A stretch of 64,000 nt of DNA from Candidatus Marinacidobacterales bacterium (GCA_965219415.1 CBDCNP010000002.1:1056001-1120000), one strand, 5' to 3'; counted from the stretch's first letter, positions 1 through 9,959 are shown. Numbers and translations are program-made. The notes: generated by a model not told the origin, from the sequence alone.

Positions 1-2
1 TG

Positions 3-506
3 GCGCGGCGCCTCCTGGATGCTCACGCCGCCGGCGAAGTGGTCGTGACGATTGGCTGCGCCTCCGACTTCTTCGGACCACAGGTGCTCAACTCGACCGT
101 CGGCGACCGTCTCTTTGCACCGGCGCGGCGCGGCAAGCCCACGGCGATCCTCGGCGCTCCCGACCACCTGCATAGCTACTCGTTCATCGACGACGTGGCC
201 GCCGGCCTGATCACCCTGGCCACGCGACCCGAGGCCCTCGGGCAGGTCTGGAACCTGCCCAACGACGCCCCTGTGACGCCACGCCGGTTCTACGAGATCG
301 CCTATGAGGAAGCTGGCCACGCGCCCGCCATCGAGATCGGCAACGATCGCCTGCGCGCCCAACTCGGCTACGAGGCACATCTCATGGATCGTCCGTTCAT
401 CGTCGACCATGGCAAGTTCGCCCGCGCCTTCGGCGCCCATCCGACCCAGTTGCGCCAGGCGATCCGTTCCACGGTGAGCTGGTTCCGCAGCCGGACGGCG
501 ACTTGA
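3..506 (+). CDS. NAD-dependent epimerase/dehydratase (extended SDR), 5'-partial
   Basis: Reading frame is open from the window edge. SDFFGP...HSYSFIDDVAAGL...GQVWNLP matches C-terminal halves of atypical SDR epimerases. Confidence 0.75.
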   Translation, partial: ARRLLDAHAAGEVVVTIGCASDFFGPQVLNSTVGDRLFAPARRGKPTAILGAPDHLHSYSFIDDVAAGLITLATRPEALGQVWNLPNDAPVTPRRFYEIAYEEAGHAPAIEIGNDRLRAQLGYEAHLMDRPFIVDHGKFARAFGAHPTQLRQAIRSTVSWFRSRTAT

Positions 507-574
507 GCTGGATACTCTCGGGGACGCTCGTCTCGCCGCTAGCGATCAGGGACCAGCAATTGGGTCGCGGCGTC

Positions 575-1196
575 TCACAGATTGCGGAACACCTCGCGCG
601 TGCCGCCAAAATCCACCAGCGCCCACCCAATCTGCGAACCACTGTTCCAGCTCATCGTCACGGGCGGCCATTGCTGTCTCCCACTGCGCCATGCTGTCCC
701 AGGTCGATGACCAGACGAACTTCCCCGGAGCGTCGCTGCCGCAGATCATCTGCTGGTTCTGCCCCGACCAGCCAGAGATACCCTGGACCCGGGCCATCAA
801 CTGGCGCGCCTGCTCGAGACGATCGACGCGGGCGATATAGGCGCTCCGCACCTCGATCCTGCGCGGCGTATTGTCGGGCGGAGCTGCGGGATCGAGCACG
901 GTGAAGATCTCCTGACCAGCACCGTAACGCAGGCGCGGCGCGATCTCATCGCACCAGGAGCGGTACTCGTCACATTCCTCGGCCGCGGTCATCGCCTGCT
1001 CCCAGGCCGCCAGGCTCGCCCACTGGAACGACCAGACAAACAAGCTTTGCTGAGCATGGCCGTGGAGCATCTGCTGGAAGCGCCCATGCCAGCCGAGCAG
1101 CGGCCAGATCTCCTCGCGGCACTGCTGCGCCAACTCCTCCACCGGCCCCTCGGCATCGGGCATCTTCACGAGGTAGGCAGTTCGTACTTCGATCAT
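575..1196 (-). CDS. Two-repeat dimeric alpha/beta-barrel (NIPSNAP-like) protein, with a probable +1 frameshift near the C-terminus
   Basis: Internal repeat IEVRTAY...QQMLHG...FVWSFQWASLAAWE / IEVRSAY...QQMICG...FVWSSTWDSMAQWE. Removing one G at ~623 gives WVALVDFGGTREVFRNL-stop (TGA at 575-577), which parallels the first repeat. Coupled to the upstream ATPase stop. Confidence 0.6.
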
Positions 1197-2248
1197 CAGC
1201 TCTCCTGTCGCGATGATGGGCTCGGCTCCGCTCCGGCCTGCAAGTGGCAGGCGATCGCGTGACCCGGCGCAATGGAGATTAGCTCCGGCTCGACGCGATC
1301 ACAATCGATTCCGTGCTCCGTCATCACCTGGTTCTTCACCGGGCATCGCGTACAGAAATTGCAGCCCGCCGGCGGATTGGATGGACTCGGGATCTCGCCC
1401 GTGAGCGTCATCGGTGGGCCCTTTTGTGCGCGCTCCGGATCGGGCACCGGAACCGCGGCCAACAGCGCCTGTGTGTACGGATGGCGGGGCCTCGCGAACA
1501 GCTCGGCGCGACTAGCGCTCTCGACGATCTTGCCCAGGTACATCACCGCAACCCGATCGCTGACCTGTCGCACCGCACCGAGATCGTGGGCTATGAACAG
1601 GTAGGACAGCCCCCGACGCGCCTGCAGGTCGCGCAGCAGCTTGATGATCTGCGCTTGGATTGACAGATCGAGTGCTGAGGTGGGCTCATCGCAGATCAGC
1701 AGGTCGGGCTCCAGTGCCAATGCACGAGCGACGCCGACGCGCTGGCGCTGGCCACCGGACAGCTGGCGCGGTAGCCGCGACCCGAGCACCGGGTCCAGCC
1801 CCACGGTTTCGAACAGCCGATCGACCTGAGTGCGCAGCGCGCGGCCTGAGATCCGGCGATGGATCTGGAGCGGCTCGCCAACGAGCCGGTGCACGCGCCA
1901 GCGCGGATTGAGCGCCGCACCAGCATCCTGAAATACCAGCTGCATTCGCGGGCGCAGGGCGCGCAGCGGACCCTCGCCGAGCGTCGTGATCTCGACGCCG
2001 TCGAAGCAAATGGTCCCGGAGGTCGTCGGCACCAGCCGTAGCAGTGCGCGTCCGAGTGTGCTCTTGCCGCAACCGCTCTCTCCCACGAGGCCGAGCGTCT
2101 CGCCACGGCCGACGGTCAGGGAAACGCCGTCGACGGCACGCACGACCCCGCGGCGGCGCCCAAGCACTCCACCGCTGCGACCCGCGAAGTGAACCCGCAG
2201 GTCGGACACTTCGACCAGTGGCGTCTCCTCGGAAGTCGGTGTATTCAT
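1196..2248 (-). CDS. Oligopeptide/dipeptide ABC transporter ATPase (OppF/DppF-like)
   Basis: Walker A GESGCGKS, signature LSGGQRQR, Walker [10 protein letters not shown]-terminal HPYT and Cys-rich oligopeptide domain. Confidence 0.95.
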   Translation of the reverse strand: MNTPTSEETPLVEVSDLRVHFAGRSGGVLGRRRGVVRAVDGVSLTVGRGETLGLVGESGCGKSTLGRALLRLVPTTSGTICFDGVEITTLGEGPLRALRPRMQLVFQDAGAALNPRWRVHRLVGEPLQIHRRISGRALRTQVDRLFETVGLDPVLGSRLPRQLSGGQRQRVGVARALALEPDLLICDEPTSALDLSIQAQIIKLLRDLQARRGLSYLFIAHDLGAVRQVSDRVAVMYLGKIVESASRAELFARPRHPYTQALLAAVPVPDPERAQKGPPMTLTGEIPSPSNPPAGCNFCTRCPVKNQVMTEHGIDCDRVEPELISIAPGHAIACHLQAGAEPSPSSRQES

Positions 2249-3111
2249 GTTCCCGACTCGGTCGTGCCGTGAGTGCTTCCGATCGCCGCATTCAACCGCG
2301 CCAGCGCCATCAGCTCCCGGGTATAGGGTTGCGTGGGCGCCGCGTACAGCTCACGCACCGGCGCGGTCTCGACGATCCGCCCAGAGCGCATTACCGCGAC
2401 GCGGTCGGCCAGCCCAGCGACGACCCCGAGGTCGTGGCTGATCCAGATCAACGCCATTCGTAGCTCGTCGCGCAGCCGCCGGATCAGGGCGACGATCTGC
2501 GCCTGCACGGTCACGTCGAGCGCCGTGGTCGGCTCGTCGGCGATCAGCAGCTCCGACTTGCCGGCGAGGGCCATGGCGATCATCGCCCGCTGCCGCATGC
2601 CGCCCGAGAGCTGGTGTGGGTAGGCGCGCGACACCTCGAACGGTCCGGGAATGCCGACACGCGCGAGCCATTCGACGGCCCGCAGCTCCGCCTCGCCTCG
2701 CGAGGCACCGCCATGTAGCTCGATCACCTCACCGATCTGACGACCGATACGCATCACCGGGTTGAGCGCCGAAAGCGGATCCTGGAAGACGAAGCCGACC
2801 CGCCGGCCACGAACACGTGTCCACCCGACAGTATCGAGACCTTGCAGGTCGATGTTGCCAAGGCGGATGCGTTCGGCACGAACGCGGGCCGGAGGCACCG
2901 ATAACAAGCCCACCAGAGCCAGCGCGGTGACGCTCTTGCCCGAGCCCGACTCGCCGACGATGCCGAGCGCCTCGCCGGGGTGTACCGCCAGACTCACACC
3001 CGCGACCGCCCGCACTACCCCCTCCGCCGTTTCAAACTCGACGTGCAGATCGCGCACGTCGAGCAATGGCGCGCCGGTCGCGGAGCGGGTCTGGCCGATC
3101 ACGGCTGACAA
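2245..3111 (-). CDS. Oligopeptide/dipeptide ABC transporter ATPase (OppD/DppD-like)
   Basis: [28 protein letters not shown]; 4-bp overlap with the next ATPase. Confidence 0.95.
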   Translation of the reverse strand: MSAVIGQTRSATGAPLLDVRDLHVEFETAEGVVRAVAGVSLAVHPGEALGIVGESGSGKSVTALALVGLLSVPPARVRAERIRLGNIDLQGLDTVGWTRVRGRRVGFVFQDPLSALNPVMRIGRQIGEVIELHGGASRGEAELRAVEWLARVGIPGPFEVSRAYPHQLSGGMRQRAMIAMALAGKSELLIADEPTTALDVTVQAQIVALIRRLRDELRMALIWISHDLGVVAGLADRVAVMRSGRIVETAPVRELYAAPTQPYTRELMALARLNAAIGSTHGTTESGT

Positions 3112-3225
3112 CTAGATTTGTGAAATGCCGTGGGGCCCCACTCCCACGGCTCGGCCTGTCGTCGGCGGACAAGCCGCCGGGCTCGCTCCGCTCGCGCAGG
3201 ATGCGATGAGTTTTTCAGCATCCTG

Positions 3226-4227
3226 CTAGGCCTCGAAGCCCATCTCCGGATTGAAGTCACCGCCACTGCACATGACCTTGCCGTCGAGTACCACCGTCGG
3301 CGCCGCCAGCATGATGTCCATGTGGTAGTCACTCAGTCCCACCGTGCCGCCGAAGTCCGGGTTCTGGTAACCGAACCCGAAATCGACCGCCCCGAACTTG
3401 CGCTCGTCCTCGATCATGCGGCCCGATATCCCCGCTTGCGGGTTCAGCCCGAGGCTGTAGTGACACAGCTTGTAGATGGTCGGGTCGTTGCAGCTGGCCA
3501 ACCACGCGCGCATGACATCAGCCTCGGCGCCGCCCTCGACCTTGGTGATGACCCCGTTCTCCATCTTGAAGCTGTAGGGGCTGTGCACGACGCCCTGAAC
3601 GCTGTCCGACGCGTCGATGACGATAACGCCATTGATGGTTTCCTCGACCGGAGCGACGTTGGTCTGCATGCCGGGGTAGAAATCGTCCCTCCCAGGTCGA
3701 TCCAGCTTGCCCGTCCCGAGATCGGCCCTTCGCGGCTTCAGCTGAAAGCTGACATCCGTGCCCTGTGGCGACGTGACCTGACAGACATCGGTGGCCTCCC
3801 ACAGTTTACAGACGCGCTCTCCGATGCGAATCATCTTGTCGATATCGACATGCAGCAGGGCGCGAACGACGTAGTCCTCCACCCCGGTGACTTCGGTGTA
3901 GAGAATGCTCGTGCCCGTCGCCTTTGCATCGAGCATTGCCTGCGATGCGTCGATACCATCGTCGATGATCGAGATGATGTACTTGGCCGCCTTGAAGGAC
4001 GCGGCGAGGATAGGTCCCGGGTTGGCGGCCTCACCCGGCCTAGCGTGCGCCTTGATGATCAGCTGTGTATCGGCTCCCGAACGCACCCCGGCTGCTCTCA
4101 ACGCGTGCGCTAGGTTCAGATCGCTGCGCGTGTCGGCGAGCACCAGCACCGGGTCGCCGGCGTCCGGCTCGACCAGGCGCTTGATGGTCACGTCTGCGAA
4201 CTCGTCCCAGAACTCTCTCGACTTCAT
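3226..4227 (-). CDS. M29/aminopeptidase-T-fold metalloenzyme (NicX-like ligand pattern)
   Basis: ATG at 4227 with AAGGAG RBS. Family motifs GLNP, EDER, GG...HMD...PTVVLDG. Confidence 0.7.
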   Translation of the reverse strand: MKSREFWDEFADVTIKRLVEPDAGDPVLVLADTRSDLNLAHALRAAGVRSGADTQLIIKAHARPGEAANPGPILAASFKAAKYIISIIDDGIDASQAMLDAKATGTSILYTEVTGVEDYVVRALLHVDIDKMIRIGERVCKLWEATDVCQVTSPQGTDVSFQLKPRRADLGTGKLDRPGRDDFYPGMQTNVAPVEETINGVIVIDASDSVQGVVHSPYSFKMENGVITKVEGGAEADVMRAWLASCNDPTIYKLCHYSLGLNPQAGISGRMIEDERKFGAVDFGFGYQNPDFGGTVGLSDYHMDIMLAAPTVVLDGKVMCSGGDFNPEMGFEA

Positions 4228-4303
4228 GTTCTCACTCCTTTTCACTGCACCCCTCGCGGGGTCGCACAGCTCATCATTCACTGGTTGTTGGAAGGGAAAT
4301 CAG

Positions 4304-5675
4304 GAGCTCTTGTCAATAGGTGTGTAAAAAAGTTCAGGCAGCAGCAACCTTCGACGACTCCGTTACCCTGTCTCCATCTTCAAATCGAACGCCCAGGTGA
4401 ACCTCTCGCATCAGCTCCGGTGCGTTGAGCCGGCGAAAATTCTTCTCCGCAACCAGAAGCAGTTTGAAGATTGTCGCAGTGGCGGACTCGACTTTCTTGA
4501 ACCTTTTGGCCGCATCCGTTCTCAATCTCAGTGCAGCGAACGGTGACTCCACGACGTTGCTCGTGCGAAGGTGTTGCCAGTGAGGCTTGGGAAAGGAATA
4601 GAAGCTGACCATCCGCTCCCAGTCCTCGTCGAGCACGTGCGCGGCCCCCGGAAGACCCTTGCGCAAGCACCAATCCTGGAACTTGGCCTTCTTCGTCTCG
4701 CACTCCTGCAGGCTGGTGGGGTAGGGGGTCGCCGTCAACAGCGGCTTGGCCTGCGCCTGGTCCCTTTTCGGAATCCGGTCCAGTACGTTGAGGATTCGGT
4801 GGTTCCAGCACCGCTGCTCCTCAGCTTCTGGAAATACGTTTCGGGTCGCGGCCCAGATGTCGAGATGACCGTCACCGATCACCAAACGGGGACATCTCAG
4901 ACCGCGCTTCTTCAGTCTCCGTAGCAGCGACGACCATGACGCTTCGGATTCTCGATGCCCGGCCTCCAGCGTCAGGACGATTTTCGTCCCGTCGGACAGG
5001 CCACCAACCGCAACTAGCACCGCCGCCTTGTCCTTCTCAAGGCCGGCCTTCACGTACACGCCATCTACCCACAGGGACACGAGCTCGAGTTCGTCCAGTG
5101 GGCGAGCTAGCCACTGCTCGTACTCTCCCTGCCATTTCTGTTTCAGCCGCGACACCGTGCTGGGAGAAAGTGGAGCGTCCTCCCCTAGAAGCCCGCGGAG
5201 CGCCAGATCGAAATCTCCGTGAGCTAGTCCATGCAGGTACAGCTCCGGAATCAACTCGCTCACCGTTTCGCTCCGACGCTTGAACAGCGGAAGCACTCGA
5301 CTTTCGAACCTCTCCTCCACGTCCCCTACTCTCGGCCGGCGAACCGTCACCGTGCCCACGCTCATCGTCAGCTTCCGAGGCTTACCGTATCCATTTCGAT
5401 AGCCCGCCGTTGTGTCCACGGGCTTCCGTCTCTCCGATTTCTCACGCCCGAGAAGCTCCGTGACTTCGGCTACCATCAGCTCCTGCACCCAATCCTGGAT
5501 CTCGAGCCTCGCCCACTTCTCCAGCGACTCCCAAGCCACCCTTGACGAGCTCCGTCGTCTTGTGGTCTTTTCCTTCATGGCGGTGTCTCCTTCCGTTGGC
5601 CCCTTCACGCCGTGTTTCGTGACGCGGAAGGTTACTCCGCCTTTACTTTATTTCCACACCTTCTGAGGGTAGCTC
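4304..5675 (-). mobile_element. IS256-family insertion sequence, complete
   Basis: Imperfect terminal IRs (GAGCTCTTGTCAATAGGTGTGTAAA vs GAGCTACCCTCAGAAGGTGTGGAAA). Flanked by the exact 8-bp direct repeat GAAATCAG at 4296-4303 and 5676-5683. Confidence 0.93.
4334..5578 (-). CDS. IS256 (Mutator-type) DDE transposase
   Basis: YRNGY, WVDGVY (D), IGDG (D), QRCWNH (CxxH), TSNVVES (E); uninterrupted ORF. Confidence 0.95.
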   Translation of the reverse strand: MKEKTTRRRSSSRVAWESLEKWARLEIQDWVQELMVAEVTELLGREKSERRKPVDTTAGYRNGYGKPRKLTMSVGTVTVRRPRVGDVEERFESRVLPLFKRRSETVSELIPELYLHGLAHGDFDLALRGLLGEDAPLSPSTVSRLKQKWQGEYEQWLARPLDELELVSLWVDGVYVKAGLEKDKAAVLVAVGGLSDGTKIVLTLEAGHRESEASWSSLLRRLKKRGLRCPRLVIGDGHLDIWAATRNVFPEAEEQRCWNHRILNVLDRIPKRDQAQAKPLLTATPYPTSLQECETKKAKFQDWCLRKGLPGAAHVLDEDWERMVSFYSFPKPHWQHLRTSNVVESPFAALRLRTDAAKRFKKVESATATIFKLLLVAEKNFRRLNAPELMREVHLGVRFEDGDRVTESSKVAAA

Positions 5676-5679
5676 GAAA

Positions 5680-6426
5680 TCAGGCGTCGGCGTCGAGGCC
5701 ACCCGGCGTCGGAAATGCACGTTTGCTCTGCGCAATCGAAAGCCGCGCCAGGCTCTCGGCCATCATCGCCGAAGATTGGATCGGGTCGATCACCGGGATC
5801 GGCAGCTCGCGCTGCATGCGACTGATCACGTCGAGGCTGCCGTAGCCGATGACAACGTCGGCGCCGTCCTCCCGCATGGCCAGGTGCGCCTGCTCGATCA
5901 TCGCGTCGGGCAGGCTCGCGTCCCGCGCGGCGAACTCGAGCGTCTTGCCGCTCACCGAGCGTACCGAGGCAAGCTTGTCGGCGAAGCCGTACGTGCGCGC
6001 CAGGTCCTCGATACAGCGCGAGCCGTAGCCTCCACGCTGGTTGCCGCTGGTCGCGCCCGGCATCAGGAACGAGAAGCGCCGTCCGACCATCGAGGCAAAA
6101 TGCATCGCCGCCTCCGCCTCTCCGATGACCGGGATGCTCAGCGCCTCTTTGGCGCCCTGCACCCCGGGGTCGTCGAGACATCCCATGGCAACAGCGTGGA
6201 AACCGTCCTGCTCGGCGCGCTGGGCCGCGCGGACGTGCAGCACCGCCACCAACTCGGCATCGTACGAGCAGCCGATGGCCTCGATCGGTGCCTCCGGCAG
6301 GTCCCTCAGAACAACCTCCACATCCGGTCGTGCCAGAGGCGCAAGGAGCTCGCGATGCACTTCGCCCCAGGCCTCAAGCCCGCCGCGAACAGGGATCGTC
6401 GCACAGATACGGATACGCTCCATCAT
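5680..6426 (-). CDS. Asp/Glu/hydantoin racemase superfamily protein
   Basis: AMGCLDDPGVQGAKEALSIPVIG and IPVIDP motifs. Real start is ATGATG at 6426, overlapping the permease stop. Confidence 0.85.
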   Translation of the reverse strand: MMERIRICATIPVRGGLEAWGEVHRELLAPLARPDVEVVLRDLPEAPIEAIGCSYDAELVAVLHVRAAQRAEQDGFHAVAMGCLDDPGVQGAKEALSIPVIGEAEAAMHFASMVGRRFSFLMPGATSGNQRGGYGSRCIEDLARTYGFADKLASVRSVSGKTLEFAARDASLPDAMIEQAHLAMREDGADVVIGYGSLDVISRMQRELPIPVIDPIQSSAMMAESLARLSIAQSKRAFPTPGGLDADA

Positions 6427-7274
6427 CTCTCCTTTGCGACGCCCGCCACGGCAATGCGCGACCCCTGGTGGAGCCGGTCGCCGAGGGCCTCGCCGATAAG
6501 GTTGAATCCGACAACCAAGGTAAATAGCACGAACCCTGGGAAGCTCGCCACCCACCACTGATCGAGCAGGAAGATCTGTCCCTCGGCGACCATGCGTCCC
6601 CATTCGGGCGTGGGTGGCTGTGCCCCGAGGCCGAGGTAGCTCAGCGACGCCGCCGTCAGGGCCACGAAGCCGGCGTCGAGCGAGACGCGCACGATTATCG
6701 GATCGAGGACGTTGGGCAGCATGTGGCCGATGATGCGGAACCGGCTGGCTCCGATCACCCGTGCCGATTCGACGAACTCCTGCTGGCGCACCGAGAGGAT
6801 CTGGCCGCGCACCAGCCGCGCGTAGGCTGGCCACCACAGGAAGGCAACCGCGAACACCGTTTGGCGCAGGCCCCGACCGAGCACTGCGTTGGTTGCCAGT
6901 GCCAAGATCAACGGCGGGAACGCCAGGAACACGTCGGTCGTGCGCATCAGCAGGCCGTCGAGCCGCCCGCCAACATAGCCGGACACCGAGCCAATGCCGA
7001 CCCCGACCAGGCTGGCGATCGCCAGCACAGCTAAAACCGTACCCAGCGTCGTGCGCGCTCCGTAGATGATGCGCGTGTAAATGTCGTTGCCGGTGCCATC
7101 GGTGCCGAGCCAGTGCATCGGCGATGGCGCGGTCAGGCGGCCCTCGAGGTTTAATCTGGCCGGGTCGTGGCGGGTGAACAGCCACGGAGCCACGGCCATA
7201 GTCGCGAAAAGCCCAACGATCACGGCGCCTACGACCAGTCGACGGTCGTGCGTACGGACGAGCGCGCTACTCAT
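6423..7274 (-). CDS. Peptide ABC permease (OppC/DppC-like)
   Basis: HWLGTD...IYTRIIYGARTT, EFVESARVIGAS (EAA loop), PPTPEWG. Confidence 0.95.
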   Translation of the reverse strand: MSSALVRTHDRRLVVGAVIVGLFATMAVAPWLFTRHDPARLNLEGRLTAPSPMHWLGTDGTGNDIYTRIIYGARTTLGTVLAVLAIASLVGVGIGSVSGYVGGRLDGLLMRTTDVFLAFPPLILALATNAVLGRGLRQTVFAVAFLWWPAYARLVRGQILSVRQQEFVESARVIGASRFRIIGHMLPNVLDPIIVRVSLDAGFVALTAASLSYLGLGAQPPTPEWGRMVAEGQIFLLDQWWVASFPGFVLFTLVVGFNLIGEALGDRLHQGSRIAVAGVAKER

Positions 7275-8274
7275 AGCAAATTCGCGGGTCCAGGCGCGCG
7301 TAGACGAGATCGACGCCGAGGTTGACCAACAGGTAGACGGTCGTGGCGATCAGCGTGATCCCCATGATCACCGGGATATCGAGGCGGAAGATGCCGGTCC
7401 AGGCGTAGGTGCCGAGACCACCCCAAGAGAACAGGTTCTCTATCAGCACCGTGCCGCCGAGTAAATAGGCCACCTGCAAGCCGATCACAGTGGTCGTGGG
7501 CAGCAGAGCGTTGGGCAAGGCATGGCGCAGCCAGACGGTGCGCTCGGCGAACCCCTTGGCGCGCGCCGTGCGCACGTACTCCTGGTCAAGCGCCTGCAGC
7601 ATCGATCTGCGGGTAATCCGGCCCACCTCCGAAACGCCCGCTATCGCTAGAGTCACAGCTGGCAGTACGAGATGACGGGCAGCATCCAGGAGCGTGCTCC
7701 ACTGACCCGCCAGCAGGGCATCGACCGTGTACATGCCGGTGAAAAACGGCGGCGGCACCGTCTCCAGTCCCAGGCGTCCGGCGATCGGCAGCACGCGCAG
7801 CCAACCGGCGAAGACGATCTGTAGCAGCAGTGCCGTGAAGAAGACTGGCATGCCCACGCCGACATAGGAGAAGCCGAGGAAGGCACGGTCGGCCCACTTG
7901 CCGCGCCTGGTCGCAGAGTGCACCCCGACCGGAATGCCGACGCCGACCGCGATCACCATAGTTGCCAGCAAGAGCTCCAGCGTCGCGGGGAAGAAGAGGC
8001 GGAGCTCCTCGGCCACTGCCTGCTTGGAGGTCAGCGAGGTACCGAGATCGGCGCGGGCTAGCCGGCCCATGTAGATGGCGTACTGGATCGGCAGCGGACG
8101 GTCGAGCCCGAGCCGCTCGCGTACCGCCTCGAGTTGCTCCGGCTTCGCGAGTCGACCCGCCGCAGTACGTGCAGGGTCGCCCGGAAGCAGATTGGTCAGC
8201 GAGAACGTGAGCATGCTGACACCAAGCAGCACCGGCACCATCTGCAGCAGGCGCCGCGCGACATACCGTCCCAT
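7267..8274 (-). CDS. Peptide ABC permease (OppB/DppB-like)
   Basis: MGRYVARRLL...PGDPA, YVRTARAKG, DLVYARLDPRI; ATGA overlap with the binding-protein stop. Confidence 0.95.
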   Translation of the reverse strand: MGRYVARRLLQMVPVLLGVSMLTFSLTNLLPGDPARTAAGRLAKPEQLEAVRERLGLDRPLPIQYAIYMGRLARADLGTSLTSKQAVAEELRLFFPATLELLLATMVIAVGVGIPVGVHSATRRGKWADRAFLGFSYVGVGMPVFFTALLLQIVFAGWLRVLPIAGRLGLETVPPPFFTGMYTVDALLAGQWSTLLDAARHLVLPAVTLAIAGVSEVGRITRRSMLQALDQEYVRTARAKGFAERTVWLRHALPNALLPTTTVIGLQVAYLLGGTVLIENLFSWGGLGTYAWTGIFRLDIPVIMGITLIATTVYLLVNLGVDLVYARLDPRICYE

Positions 8275-9821
8275 CACTGCTTCCACATGGGGTAGAGATT
8301 CTGGGTCAGCGGGTGGCCGGGAGTCGCCGCGGACCCGTGCAGATCGTTGCGCTGCGCCGACAACCCGACCATGGTCACGACAACGGCGAACGGCATCTCC
8401 TTGAGCCACAGCGCCTCGACCTCGCGGTACAGGACGCAGCGACGCTCCTCGTCGAGCTCCGCGGCGGCTGTGTCGAGCAGCTTGTCCATGGCCGCGTTCT
8501 GGTACCAAGCAAAGTTGTTGCCGCCGTCACCGGCCTGACTGGAGTGAGCCAGCGCATAGAGATAGTGGTGCGCTTCCGGACCCGGTGTAAAGAGCCATAT
8601 CGTGCCCATGTCGGTGGACGTCTCCGGACGAGAGTAGTTCTCGACCTTGGCGTCCCACTCGATGTCGACCGCGGTCAGTTGAATGCCGAGCCGTGCCGCA
8701 CCCGCGCGCATGATCTCGAAGATCGGTGTCTCGCCCGTGGTGCCCTCGAATGCCATCGTCAGCTCCACATCGCCCGGCCGGATGCCGGAGCTGGCCAGGA
8801 GCCGGCGCGCCTCGTCGAGATCCGTACGCGGTCGCGGCGAGTCAGGGCTGGCGCACTCGGCGCGCGCCGGCAGCACGCCGTAGGGATGCTCGGCGTTGCC
8901 GCGCATGAGATGCTCGATGTGTCCTTGGTAGTCGTAGGCGAGCGCCAGCGCACGCCGCACTCGGGCATCGCGGAGATGCTCGCTGCGGGTATTGAAGGCG
9001 ATGTACAGCTGGTTGAGCGTCGGGTCGCGGTTTACCCGAATGCCCGGCTCGTCGGCCAGTGCCTCCAGCGTGTCGGCGCTCGACAGGTAGATCCAGTCGG
9101 CATCGCCGTTGACCAGCGCGATCCGGCGCGCGACCTCCTCGCGGAGGACGCGAAAGACGGCGCGCTCCACGTGGCGCGATCCCCAGCCCAGGTGGTAATC
9201 GGGGAAGCGCTCCACCGTAAACTGCAGCTCAGGCTGAAACGAGACCAATCGATAGGGCCCGCTCCCGGCCTCGTGGTTCTGCAACCAGCGCTGCCCGAAA
9301 TCCCCCTGGAACTCATTGGCGTGGATCAGATCGGCGTTGGCAATGTAGAGCCGAGTCATGGCCCCGAGAAAACCGGAGAACGGCTCGAACAGATCGATGG
9401 CAACCCGGCGCTCGTCGAGCACCTCGGCGCCGCTGACCGGCGTGAGGTAGGCCCAGACCCCGATCTTCAAGGCCAGCATTCGGTCGACGACATACTTGAC
9501 GTCCTCGGCAAGCACTGGCGTGCCGTCGTGAAACCGCGCATCCTCGCGCACGTTGAAGACATAGCGGCGTGCGTCGTGGGACACCTCGTAGGAAGCCGCC
9601 AGATCCAGCTGCAGGTCGGTGGTACCCGGCACGTATTGGACGAGCGCGCTGTAGAGGTTGATGGCCGAGGTGTCGACCCGACTGTCGAGAGCTGCGAGCG
9701 GATCGAGTGTCGGTGGGATGCCCTCGGTCAGCAGCACCAGATGAGAGCGTTCGGCAGCCGGCGCGCAGCTCAGAGCCGTGGTGATCAGCGCACAGGTCAG
9801 TAGGCGAGGCGATCCGCTCAC
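8274..9821 (-). CDS. Family-5 ABC substrate-binding lipoprotein
   Basis: Probable GTG start and lipobox ALSC; FHDGTPV..EDVKY, GSGPY, RVRRALALAYD. Confidence 0.9.
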   Translation of the reverse strand: MSGSPRLLTCALITTALSCAPAAERSHLVLLTEGIPPTLDPLAALDSRVDTSAINLYSALVQYVPGTTDLQLDLAASYEVSHDARRYVFNVREDARFHDGTPVLAEDVKYVVDRMLALKIGVWAYLTPVSGAEVLDERRVAIDLFEPFSGFLGAMTRLYIANADLIHANEFQGDFGQRWLQNHEAGSGPYRLVSFQPELQFTVERFPDYHLGWGSRHVERAVFRVLREEVARRIALVNGDADWIYLSSADTLEALADEPGIRVNRDPTLNQLYIAFNTRSEHLRDARVRRALALAYDYQGHIEHLMRGNAEHPYGVLPARAECASPDSPRPRTDLDEARRLLASSGIRPGDVELTMAFEGTTGETPIFEIMRAGAARLGIQLTAVDIEWDAKVENYSRPETSTDMGTIWLFTPGPEAHHYLYALAHSSQAGDGGNNFAWYQNAAMDKLLDTAAAELDEERRCVLYREVEALWLKEMPFAVVVTMVGLSAQRNDLHGSAATPGHPLTQNLYPMWKQ

Positions 9822-9959
9822 GCTCGACCGTCGGCTCGAGAGTATTCGAACAAAGCACCTCCCACGGCGTCCTCGAGTCGTGTCGGTCGAACCCACGCCC
9901 CGCGGGACGCGCGGAACTCCGGATCACGACGCGTAAGTTTCGTATTGTATCCGATTTCG

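Noticed and set aside
6427-7185. N-terminal 250-aa extension of the racemase ORF (5680-7185)
   Set aside because: It overlaps the permease in another frame and is Arg/Pro-rich noise; a coupled ATGATG start exists at 6426.
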